32,000 nucleotides of DNA. Source: Chrysotila carterae. Lineage: Eukaryota. The notes under the pieces were generated by a model. The model was not told the origin of the DNA. It was given only the letters and a program-made list of their open reading frames with translations, and did no database searches. This document shows, in pieces, positions 11,101-23,100 of the stretch (position 1 is its first letter; the number at the start of each line of letters is the position of its first letter). The stretch lies in NCBI GenBank assembly GCA_054660715.1, contig BAAGDD010003710.1:135001-167000 (forward strand), given 5' to 3'. Made by a program: the position numbers and the translations under genes.

Positions 11101-14100
11101 TTCTGGCTGCGCCGCCACCTCAAGCCTTGTTTGCAGGGCTGGATGGGCCTCTTGTACCCATGGGAGACGTGCGCGCAAAAAGCGCACCTCAAAGACGCTA
11201 GACACATGATCGACGCTTTTTGTGAATGGCGAGGAATCGTGCGAGGTAAGCAAGGCATGCGCAATGGTCCCGCTATAGCCAAACGAGCTGAGGCCACACA
11301 CGTCCATAGCACCATCGGCCTGAGTGGTCTGGGTGGGAAGCAGGAAGGCCGCGGCCGCCTTTCCAAACCTCTCGCTAATGAGCTCGTTGAGCACTCGCAG
11401 CTGTGAGTTTGGCGAGCACAGACGATTCGCGAGCTGCGACTGCACCCTCAGCAGCCCAACCTGCCCTGACGCTGCCTCAGCGTGGCCAACGTTCGCCTTG
11501 CACGCACCGACCGACAGTGCAAACGCGCGCGCGCGCGCGCCGTAGACTGCTTGCATCGATCCTGCCTCGGTCGGATCTCCGAGCGCCGTGCCGGTGCCGT
11601 GCGCCTCGATGCTCGCCACCTGCTCAGCCGCCAGCGCGGCACGACCGAGCGCTGCGAGCAGCAGCGTGCGCTGTGCCGAGCCATTGGGCGCTGTGAGACT
11701 AGCAGAGCGGCCGTCCTGCCGCACCGCACTGCCGCAGAGCTGCAGCGCGGCCGGAGCGCTCGCAAGGAGCGTTGCGGCGCCGACGGCCTCAGACCGCACG
11801 TAGCCGTTCGCGCGCGCATCCAGCGTCTTGCAGCGACCATCGACAGACAGCATGCCGGCAGCAGCAGTGCCGAGCGTCGACTGCGGGGACAGCTTGAGGC
11901 TCACCGCCAGCGCCAATGCCTTGCCGCACTCGTCGCCACTGACTGCAAGTGACGCGGCGTGCAGCGCCACAAGTGCAGATGCGCACGCCGTGTCGATGCT
12001 CGCACACGGCCCGTGCAGCCCAAGGGCGAACGACAGCCGACCAGCCGCAACAGACACATTGTCGCCCGTCACTGCGTACACTGAGCTACGAGCCGCGGCC
12101 GACTGCACCTGCGCCCAGTCGGGCCGCTCGATACCGAGGAAGACGCCCGCGTCGCCTCCGCTCAGCACGGCGCGTCGTTGCCCGGCGCCATGGAGCGCTT
12201 CATACCCGACCTCCAGCAAAAGGCGCTGCTGAGGATCGATCGCAGCCGCCTCAGCAGGAGACACACCAAACGCGCCGTTGTCAAACCACTGCGCACCGTC
12301 CACGAAGCCGCCGTGACGCACGCACAACGCCTGCGTCTCGCTCAGAGTGTGCACGTCGACCAGCGTCTCCAGTCTCCAGCGAGATGACGGCACACCGCTG
12401 ACCGCGTCGCCCGAGGCGCACAACAGCAGCCAGCGTGGAACAGAACGCGCGCAGCCGCCCGGCCAGCGGCCAGACACACCCGTCACCGATGGCACGCGCG
12501 AACCGTCGGGCAGCGCGTTTACGGCCACCGCTGCAGGCGCCGGCTGCTCGCTGGCCGCCGAGACAAGCTCCAGCAAGTGCAGCGCGATCGCGCGCGCCGT
12601 AGGGTACTCAAAGATGAGCGTCGGCGAGAGCGGCGCACCCGTGAGAGAGCGGAGCCGCGACGAGAACTCGGTGGCTGCGAGAGAATCGATCCCCGCCTGC
12701 ATCAGTGGCGTCTCGGCGCTGATGGGCTCCGACTGCGCGCCCGCAAGATCGCGAAGGGTGCTGAGTACCATCGATTCCACATGCGTGCGCTGCTGTACAA
12801 ATGTTTTCGACACCAGCTGGCGTACAAGAGGCTGTGCGAGAGTCTGTGCATCGCCTTCGCCAGGCCGCTCTACGGCCATCGTTGCGTGCCGTAGCTCTGT
12901 CAATCGAGCCTGGAGCTGGTCGGCAGTGTCGTCAAGAAAGCCGCGAATTCGGACATGATGGACCATCTGCAGGACGGGCGCATCAGCGTTTACAGCTGAC
13001 ACGAGTCGCCGAAGCTGAACCAAGTACTGCTGCAGCGATATAGACATTGACCCAACGAAGCGACTGCTGTGATCAGCTAGGGCTGCAGCGAAAGCAGAGC
13101 CCATGCCCACCTCTTGTACTAGAGGCCACTGAATTGCAGAGGCGATGCTGCCATGCATTCGGCGCGACATCGTCAGTGCATCAAGGTACGCATTTGCCGC
13201 AGCATACACCCCCTGACCGACGTTTCCTAGACATGATGCGACAGACGAGAAGCATATGAACGCCATGAGTGGCAAAAGCCCGACCCCTCGATCGGCGAGC
13301 CACACTCCCAGAGCCTTTGACGAGAAAGTTGCCCTTGCACGAAGCCGGCTCACTTCAGAAACCAAGCCTCGCTCACTGGTGCCCATTACGTTGAGGATAC
13401 CAGTCGCCGGAACAGCGTGGCGCAGCAAAGTAAGCCCGTCCCAAAAGTCTCCAGAATCCACAGTTAGCGTCTCCACACAGCAGGCTCCAAGCCCTGAAAG
13501 CTCTCTAACAGCGTCCCCTGTCCTTGCAGAGCTAGCTCGTCTTGAGGACAAGACGATCTGTGTGGCACCCAAGCGCACTAGGAGGGCTGCTGCTTGGAGT
13601 CCAAGCCCACCCAAACCACCAGCAAGAATGTATGTCGAACGTGCGTGCGCCACATGCAAGTTGAAAGTAGACAGCTGCGAATGTGTGAGAAAACTTCGTC
13701 GCAGACGTGCAACGCATCCTACTCCCGAAGATCTCCACCAAACCTCGCCTTCAAGCTGCTCTTCTTGAGCTTGGTTACGCATGGCTTGCGCCGTGGTGGC
13801 GCGTATTGCTGCTTTCACTGCGGCACGAATGCTCACGTCGACCATTTGAAGCTGCCAGACTGGATGCTCTAGCCGAAGAACACGAGAGAGTCCCCAGGGG
13901 ATTCCCATAGAGGCTCCCGATGCTGACGGAGGCAGAGCTAGCCCTTGAAATTGCATGCTTAGCGTCAGCATGAGAATGTGCCTGGAGCTTGTCACACGAA
14001 GAAGAGCTTTGGTCAATTCAACAATGTAGGTGAGCGACTGCAGGGCTGGTTTGGACGCCCGCTGCGAGGCAAGAACGAGAGCAATTGCTTGCCAAGAAGC

Positions 14101-17100
14101 GTGGGCACTCTTGTCTTCAGACGTCAATGGCCTGCACGGAAACTGCGAGTGCACCTGATCATCAGAGCAAGAGTCTGTACCAGGCGTTATTGTCGCAAGC
14201 ACAAGCCAGCTGGTGTGCAGCTCAGCATGATCCGACCTTCGTCCGTTTACAATCCACGCCGTCGAATATACTCCTGTGAGTGCCAGCTCTTCAGATGAGG
14301 AATCATGTGTGCTTTGCCACCCAGTGTACCTTTTCTGGAAGATGCGCGGACGTGTGTGCGCCGTAGTCGTTGACGTCATGGCCCGACCTTCTGTCACGAT
14401 GTTCGCCAGAGTTCCACTGTAGCCAAATGAGCTCACAACTCCGCCCAAAGTCATAGAGGTAGAAAGATGCACATTTTGAAGCGGAAGTACATAGGCAGGA
14501 GCAGAGAACGCGCTTAGTACCATTTGGTTGATCACACGTAGCTGAGCGTTGGCAACAAACTGTTTGCTCTGAGTTACCAGCGCAAGCTTCAGCATTCCCG
14601 TAATACCAGCAGCAGGCTCAGCATGGCCAATGTTTGCCTTGACGCCGCCGACTGAGAGCGAGGTCCCGGCGGCCATTGCCGCTGCGGGCAGCGCAGATGC
14701 CAGCGAGCCCGCCTCTATAGGATCGCCCAAGGCAGTGCCAGTACCGTGCGCCTCGACGAGGGCAATGGCAGCAGAGCTCACCGATGCATCTGCAATCGCG
14801 GCGAGTAGGACGCCGCGCTGGGCCTGGCCATTTGGAGCTGTCAGACTGGCAGAACGACCATCTTGCCGCACGGCCATGCCCGTCAGCAGCACCGGAGCAG
14901 CAGACTCCTCGCCGTCATCTCTCATCGCTGGGCACAGCGCGAGCGAGCCGCATGCCTCTGCACGAGCATATCCGTCAGCGCGACTGTCGAATGTGTGAGA
15001 GCGACCGAGTGCCGAAGTCATTCCGGCCACCGCAAAGCTGGCACCTACTGCCGGCGTCAGCATCAAGTTGACGCCCAAGACGAGGGCCAGGGCACACTCT
15101 CTCAGCTGGAGAGCGCGCAAGCCTGCGTGACAGGCGACGAGAGCCGCCGAGCACGCCGTGTCATACGAAATGCAGGGACCGTGCAGCCCAAGCACGTACG
15201 ACAAACGACCCGACGCGATCGAGTGGCTAGTTCCCGTCGCCGAGTACACGCTGTTTCTTTTGGGCAGTGTCGCAAGCACTTCTTCGAAATCCGAGCTGGC
15301 GATGCCGAGAAAAACACCGGAGAGACTGCCACTAATATCCGATCTGCGGACGCTCGCCGCATGCAGCGCTGCGTACCCGTGCTCAAGAAGCAGCCGCTGC
15401 TGCGGATCCATGGCTGCAGCCTCCGCAGGTGAGATGGCGAAGGCCGCACTATCCGCAAGCTCAGCCCCGTGGACGAAGCCGCCATACCGCATGCGGCTGG
15501 CTGCGGGCTCAGGCAATGCAGGAGCAGCCGACAGGTCCCATCGCGTCAGAGGCACCTCCTCAATCGCGTCGGCTGCAGCAGCCACCAGATGCCACGCGGA
15601 AAGCGTCGTCGCTGCTCCTCCAGGCAACCGAGCACTGAGACCAGCAGCAGCAGCCGCAGCACCTAGCTCCAGTTGAGGCGGCCTTCCCAACTTGCGCTCC
15701 ACATCAGCTCCGGCGAGGGCTTCTGCGCTGACGCTGGTAGATGGAACGAGCGCAGCTGCCAGTTGCCGCGCGGTCGGGTGATCAAAGATGAGCGTGCTCG
15801 GCAGAGTGACGCTGTCGCCGGCTGCGCGCTGCAGGATGTTCCGCAACTCGACCGCGCCAAGCGAGTCGATCCCCGCCTCCATCAAGGGCGCATCCGCATC
15901 AAGTGTAGAGCCCGCAACCTGCTGAGCTGCTTGTAGTACTGTGCTAAACGAAAGTGCAGCAGGTACCATCTCTTGTGTTCGGCCGGCACGAGCCTCTGCG
16001 TTGCTGGGGGCAGCCTGCACGGGCAAGCCAACGTCGGTTAGAAATGGTGGCGCGCGCTGGACTCCTTGAAGCACGCGCCTCCAGTCAATGGGAGCCATGC
16101 CCAGCACTGATGGCGAGCTCGGCTGCAGCGCGGCACCAAGAGCAACGAGCCCTCGAGCCAGACTGATTCGACCAAAGCCCGAGGCAGCTTCCATTGCTTC
16201 GAGGCGCTTAGCTGCTTCACCACGAGCAGCCATACCGACCTCGGCCCACGGACCCCACTGCACGCTGACACAAGCCTGCCCCCGCGACCGAGTATGTGCA
16301 GCGAGCGCATCGAGGCTGGAGTTGGCAGCACTGTAGTTTGCTTGTCCGGCACCGCCAAGTAACGCCGCCACTGAGGAAAAGAGCACGCAAGCGCGCAGCT
16401 CATGCGAATTGCACGCAGCGCGCAGTGTAACTGCTCCGTCCGCCTTCGGTGCGTGCACGGAACGGAGAGCGCCGTCGGTCTGCTTCGAAAGCACGCCGTC
16501 CGCCAGCACCCCTGCCGTGTGCCACACGCCTCGTAGCGGCAACAGCTCGTTCCGAAGCACGCTGAAAAGGCTGCGGGCCTCGCTCGTCTCTGACGCATCG
16601 CACCGAACCACAAAGCCAACCGCATCACTCGCGCGAATGCGAGGCCATTCATCGCGCGCACTGCCGGTGAGCATGCCCGATCGAGACGCTAGCACCACCT
16701 TTGACGCGCCGCGGCAAGCAAGCCAGCGAGACGTGAGCAGCCCGAGACCACTAAGGCCACCCAACACGACATGTGCACCGGACGCAGCAGACTTGGACTC
16801 ACTCCGCGCCGTGCAAACCCGCAACACCACCTTCCCAATGTTGCGCCCACTCTGGAGAAGCCGGAACGCGGCCTCAAACTGCGTTTCAAGGTCGAAGCTG
16901 CTCAGCGGCAAGCTGCTCGTCACTTTCATGCCTGCACGGCGAGACAGCAGCTCCAAAACGGAGTGCATCCAGACGGTGTCAGCAGCCATGTCGGCGTCCA
17001 GAGCGATCGCGCGGTACGACACCGATGGTGCTGCGGCGCTGCAGCGCAAGTCCGCCCAGATCGCCCTCTTCCCTATCTCACCGAAGCACGCTCGCTCGCC

Positions 17101-20100
17101 AAGCACCGCAAGTGAAGCCGAGATGAAGTCTCCCGAGAGGCTGTTCAGCGCCGCGCGCGCACGAGTTGCACACAACATCGTAGAAAGCCCTCGCCCACAC
17201 GCAGCGCCATCGCGAGAGCTGCACAGAGCCCCGACACCGCCTGACCGTAGCAACTCGTGCTTGGCTGGCCGGCCGGCGCTGCCGATGCACTGAGAATGCA
17301 GCCAGTGCGCGTACTCGACAGCCTTGAGACCGACGCCGCCCGCAGCAGCCTGGACGATGATCAGATCTGAAGCCCGCAAGGCCGAGCGCTCCAGAGCTAC
17401 GTGCACAGTGCTCCACGTGACTGGCAGCGTAGACGCCTCCTCGAAGGAGAGCGCTGATGGCTTCCGTGCGAGTAGCAGGGAGCTGCTCAATGCAAAGCAA
17501 GCGAGCGGCGCGCTGCCGATTCCAAACATCGCATCACCAGCCGAGTATTGGCATGGACGCGCAGCCGTCTCAATCTCGCCAGCACAGTCCGCGCCAGGCG
17601 GTCCTGGATCGCCAGGGTACTCTCCAAGAACATTGAGCACGTCTCGAAAGTTGAGACCTACTGCACGCACGCGGAGAACGACAAAGCCCGCAGCAGGAGC
17701 ATCAGGCATGACCTGCGGCTCGAGGCGCAGATTGCTGATGGCCCCGCGCCCACGCAATTCAAGCCGCACTGCGCCAACCGGCGCAGGCCGCAGCGGAGCC
17801 AAGCGGCTCACCAAGCAGGCCGGCCGCCCACAAACAAATTCGAACTCTCCCGCAGCGATCTCCTCTCCTCGTGAAGCGACAAATGACAACAGCGACGCAG
17901 GGAGCGACCAACAGTCTCTCAGATCTGCACAGATCAACGGCAGCTGTGCCTCTGCGCGCGCCGAGCGCGCAAAGCCCCACAGGCCTCCGTGCATCGGATC
18001 CGACGCGCACGAGCCAGCAGTCTGCTGCACTCCGCGGCACAAGAGCCACACGGCAGGCGGGCTTGGCGTGAGTGCCTGGCGTTGCACTAGGACGAGCACG
18101 CTGCTGAGGACCGAGAGCGAGCTCGCACGCGCTCGACACAGACCGGACGCAACGGCGACCGCCGTCCAGCTGCCGAGAGCGGCGGGCATCATGGGCCGTC
18201 GAGCGCCCGCATCGACGCCGCCACCTGCTGCTCCTACATGGCTTCGCGAGGTGCAGCCGAGCAGCAGCACGCAGGCCGCGGCTGACGTCTCCGGGACGAA
18301 AGTCGAAGGCCTCCAGTCAGTGGCGTACAGGTGCTCGACGACCGCCGCGGCGCTCTTGAGACTGCGCACCTTGAAGCCGGAAAGCTGCGCACCAGACGAG
18401 CCTCGAAGACCGCCGAGCCGCACCGACATCGCGTCAACGCCGGTCGCTGCGACCACCTGCGTGCACACATCCGCACACGCCATCCGCGTTATTCGCAAAG
18501 ACACCGACACAAGAAGTAGCGCTCCATCGACATGCTATTCACATGCATGCTGCAAGCAACGCGAGGGGCGTCACGGGCGCACCGTCCACAGCTCTCCAGC
18601 AGCATCACCAAGCACTGCAGTGTCGACCGCAAACGGCAAGCGCGTCTCGCTGCTGCCATCGCCGGCTCGGCCTGCACTGCTGCGGCTCATCGCAAGCATC
18701 GTCAGCTGCAGTGCGCCATCGAGGTCCGCAGGGTGCACGCAGGTACCTTCGCGACGTGCGCGCGGTCGCAGTCTCGCGACTGCGGAGCCCGCAGAGCTGC
18801 GAGCAGCCCACAACTGCGTCAGCACCTGGAACGCCTGTCCGTACTCGAGACCGAGGGAGTGGAACGCGGCGTACACGACACGCGGCGCGACCGCGTGCGC
18901 GCCTCGACAGGCACGCGACCAACCGCTCAGTGGACACACACTCAGTGCGTCTGCACGTGCCGCCGTCATGGTGCCAGTGCAATGGACGGTGGCTTCGGAG
19001 AGCGCATCTGCCTCAAGGACGCCGCTGCGCAGCTCAAATCGGCCGTCGACCGCTTCGCACTCAAGGTACTTGCCATCGGAGACCACAAAGGGCTGCAGGA
19101 AGAACACGCCACTGAGACTCGCTCTGGCGCTGCCGTCGCCAAAAGACGACCTCGCGTCTGTGCTTTGGCTGGCAGAGTAGAGCGCACGCGCCGTCTCCAA
19201 ATAGCCTGCGCCGGGGAAGACTACCTGTCCCGACACCACGTGGTCGTGGACCAGCGCGAACAGCTGACCGGCGCATGCGGATCGGTAACACATCGTTTCT
19301 GGCTGCGCCGCCACCTCAAGCCTTGTTTGCAGGGCTGGATGGGCTTCTTGCACCCATGGGAGACGTGCGCGCAGAAAGCGCACCTCGAAGACGCTAGACG
19401 CAGCATCGAAGCTTCTTGGGAATGGCGAGGAATCGTGCGAGGTAAGCAAGGCGTGCGCAATGGTTCCACTGTAGCCAAACGAGCTGAGGCCACACACGTC
19501 CATAGCACCATCGGCCTGAGTGGTCTGGGTGGGAAGCAGGAAGGCCGCGGCCGCCTTTCCAAACCTCTCGCCAATGAGCTCGTTGAGCACTCGCAGCTGT
19601 GAGTTTGGCGAGCACAGACGATTCGCGAGCTGCGACTGCACCCTTAGCAACCCAACCTGCCCCGACGCTGCCTCAGCGTGGCCAACGTTCGCCTTGCACG
19701 CACCGACCGACAGTGCAAACGCGCGCGCGCGCGCGCCGTAGACTGCTTGCATCGATCCTGCCTCGGTCGGATCTCCGAGCGCCGTGCCGGTGCCGTGCGC
19801 CTCGATGCTCGCCACCTGCTCAGCCGCCAGCGCGGCGCGACCGAGCGCTGCGAGCAGCAGCGTGCGCTGTGCCGAGCCATTGGGCGCTGTGAGACTAGCA
19901 GAGCGGCCGTCCTGCCGCACCGCACTGCCGCAGAGCTGCAGCGCGGCCGGAACGCTCGCAAGGAGCGTTGCGGCGCCGACGGCCTCAGACCGCACGTAGC
20001 CGTTCGCGCGCGCATCCAGCGTCTTGCAGCGACCATCAACAGACAGCATGCCGGCAGCAGCAGCGCCGAGCGTCGACTGCGGGGACAGCTTGAGGCTCAC

Positions 20101-23100
20101 CGCCAGCGCCAATGCCTTGCCGCACTCGTCGCCACTGACTGCAAGTGACGCGGCGTGCAGCGCCACAAGTGCAGATGCGCACGCCGTGTCGATGCTCGCA
20201 CACGGCCCGTGCAGCCCAAGGGCGAACGACAGCCGACCAGCCGCAACAGACACATTGTCGCCCGTCACTGCGTACACTGAGCTACGAGCCGCGGCCGACT
20301 GCACCTGCGCCCAGTCGGGCCGCTCGATACCGAGGAAGACGCCCGCGTCGCCTCCGCTCAGCACGGCGCGTCGTTGCCCGGCGCCATGGAGCGCTTCATA
20401 CCCGACCTCCAGCAAAAGGCGCTGCTGAGGATCGATCGCAGCCGCCTCAGCAGGAGACACACCAAACGCGCCGTTGTCAAACCACTGCGCACCGTCCACG
20501 AAGCCGCCGTGACGCACGCACAACGCCTGCGTCTCGCTCAGAGTGTGCACGTCGACCAGCGTCTCCAGTCTCCAGCGAGATGACGGCACACCGCTGATCG
20601 CGTCACCCGAGGCGCACAACAGCAGCCAGCGTGGAACAGAACGCGCGCAGCCGCCTGGCCAGCGGCCAGACACACCCGTCACCGATGGCACGCGCGAACC
20701 GTCGGGCAGCGCGCGTACGGCCACCGCTGCAGGCGCCGGCTGCTCGCTGGCCGCCGAGACAAGCTCCAGCAAGTGCAGCGCGATCGCGCGTGCCGTAGGG
20801 TACTCGAAAATGAGCGTCGGCGAGAGCGGCGCGCCCGTGAGAGAGCGGAGCCGCGACGAGAACTCGGTGGCTGCGAGAGAATCGATCCCCGCTTGCATCA
20901 GTGGCGTCTCGGCGCTGATGGGCTCCGACTGCGCGCCCGCAAGATCGCGAAGGGTGCTGAGTACCATCGATTCCACATGCGTGCGCTGCTGTACTAATGT
21001 TTTTGACACCAGCTGGCGTGCAAAAGGCAGCTTGAGAGTCTGTGCATCAACTTCCCCAGGCCGCTCCGCGGCCATCGTCGCGTGCCGTAGCTCTGTCAAT
21101 CGAGCCTGGAGCTGGTCGGCAGTGTCGTCAAGAAAGCCGCGAATTCGGACATGATGGACCATCTGCAGGACGGGCGCATCAGCGTTTACAGCTGACACGA
21201 GTCGCCGAAGCTGAACCAAGTACTGCTGCAGCGATATAGACATTGACCCAACGAAGCGACTGCTGTGATCAGCTAGGGCTGCAGCAAAAGCAGAGCCCAT
21301 GCCTACCTCTTGTACTAGAGGCCACTGAATTGCAGAGGCGATGCTGCCATGCACTCGGCGCGACATCGTCAGTGCATCAAGGTACGCATTCGCCGCAGCA
21401 TACACCCCCTGACCGACGTTTCCTAGACATGATGCGACAGACGAGAAGCATATGAACGCCATGAGTGGCAAAAGCCCGACCCCTCGATCGGCGAGCCACA
21501 CTCCCAGAGCCTTTGACGAGAAAGTTGCCCTTGCACGAAGCCGGCTCACTTCAGAAACCAAGCCTCGCTCACTGGTGCCCATTACGTTGAGGATACCAGT
21601 CGCCGGAACAGCGTGGCGCAGCAAAGTAAGCCCGTCCCAAAAGTCTCCAGAATCCACAGTTAGCGTCTCCACACAGCAGGCTCCAAGCCCTGAAAGCTCT
21701 CTAACAGCGTCCCCTGTCCTTGCAGAGCTAGCTCGTCTCGAGGACAAAACGATCTGTGCGGCACCCAAACGCACTAGGAGGGCTGCTGCTTGGAGTCCAA
21801 GCCCACCCAAACCACCAGCAAGAATGTATGTCGAACGTGCGTGCGCCACATGCAAGTTGAAAGTAGACAGCTGCGAATGTGTGAGAAAGCTTCGTCGCAG
21901 ACGTGCAACGCATCCTACTCCCGAAGATCTCCACCACACCTCGCCTTCAAGCTGCTCTTCTTGAGCTTGGTTACGCATGGCTTGCGCTGTGGTGGCGCGT
22001 ATTGCTGCTTTCACTGCGGCACGAATGCTCACGTCGACCATTTGAAGCTGCCAGACTGGATGCTCTAGCCGAAGAACACGAGAGAGTCCCCAGGGGATTC
22101 CCATAGAGGCTCCCGATGCTGACGGAGGCAGAGCTAGCCCTTGAAATTGCATGCTTAGCGTCAGCATGAGAATGTGCCTGGAGCTTGTCACACGAAGAAG
22201 AGCTTTGGTCAATTCAACAATGTAGGTGAGCGACTGCAGGGCTGGTTTGGACGCCCGCTGCGAGGCAAGAACGAGAGCAATTGCTTGCCAAGAAGCGTGG
22301 GCACTCTTGTCTTCAGACGTCAATGGCCTGCACGGAAACTGCGAGTGCACCTGATCATCAGAGCAAGAGTCTGTACCAGGCGTTATTGTCGCAAGCACAA
22401 GCCAGCTGGTGTGCAGCTCAGCATGATCCGACCTTCGTCCGTTTACAATCCACGCCGTCGAATATACTCCTGTGAGTGCCAGCTCTTCAGATGAGGAATC
22501 ATGTGTGCTTTGCCACCCAGTGTACCTTTTCTGGAAGATGCGCGGACGTGTGTGCGCCGTAGTCGTTGACGTCATGGCCCGACCTTCTGTCACGATGTTC
22601 GCCAGAGTTCCACTGTAGCCAAATGAGCTCACAACTCCGCCCAAAGTCATAGAGGTAGAAAGATGCACATTTTGAAGCGGAAGTACATAGGCAGGAGCAG
22701 AGAACGCGCTTAGTACCATTTGGTTGATCACACGTAGCTGAGCGTTGGCAACAAACTGTTTGCTCTGAGTTACCAGCGCAAGCTTCAGCATTCCCGTAAT
22801 ACCAGCAGCAGGCTCAGCATGGCCAATGTTTGCCTTGACGCCGCCGACTGAGAGCGAGGTCCCGGCGGCCATTGCCGCTGCGGGCAGCGCAGATGCCAGC
22901 GAGCCCGCCTCTATAGGATCGCCCAAGGCAGTGCCAGTACCGTGCGCCTCGACGAGGGCAATGGCAGCAGAGCTCACCGATGCATCTGCAATCGCGGCGA
23001 GTAGGACGCCGCGCTGGGCCTGGCCATTTGGAGCTGTCAGACTGGCAGAACGACCATCTTGCCGCACGGCCATGCCCGTCAGTAGCACCGGAGCAGCAGA

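Larger units (their letters stand above)
10260..18456 (-). repeat. Tandem unit, long type (8197 bp), copy 1: intron + ER-KR-ACP-KS-KR-ACP-KS-DH
   Basis: Near-identical to 18457..26652; exons have equal length (8070 nt). Confidence 0.93.

Noticed and set aside
15636-15670. GCA/GCC-rich tract encoding an alanine run
   Set aside because: It is a short alanine-rich stretch at the ACP-KS linker and KS start, present in each type-a copy. Ordinary low-complexity linker sequence.
17324-19180. Long plus-strand ORF of 618 aa, plus others such as 1052..2215, 104..988, 16409..17293, 24605..25489 and 29655..30539
   Set aside because: They are antisense to confidently assigned PKS domains, are low-complexity Arg/Ala/Ser/Pro-rich, and recur only because the sense repeats recur. 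Typical GC-rich shadow ORFs.
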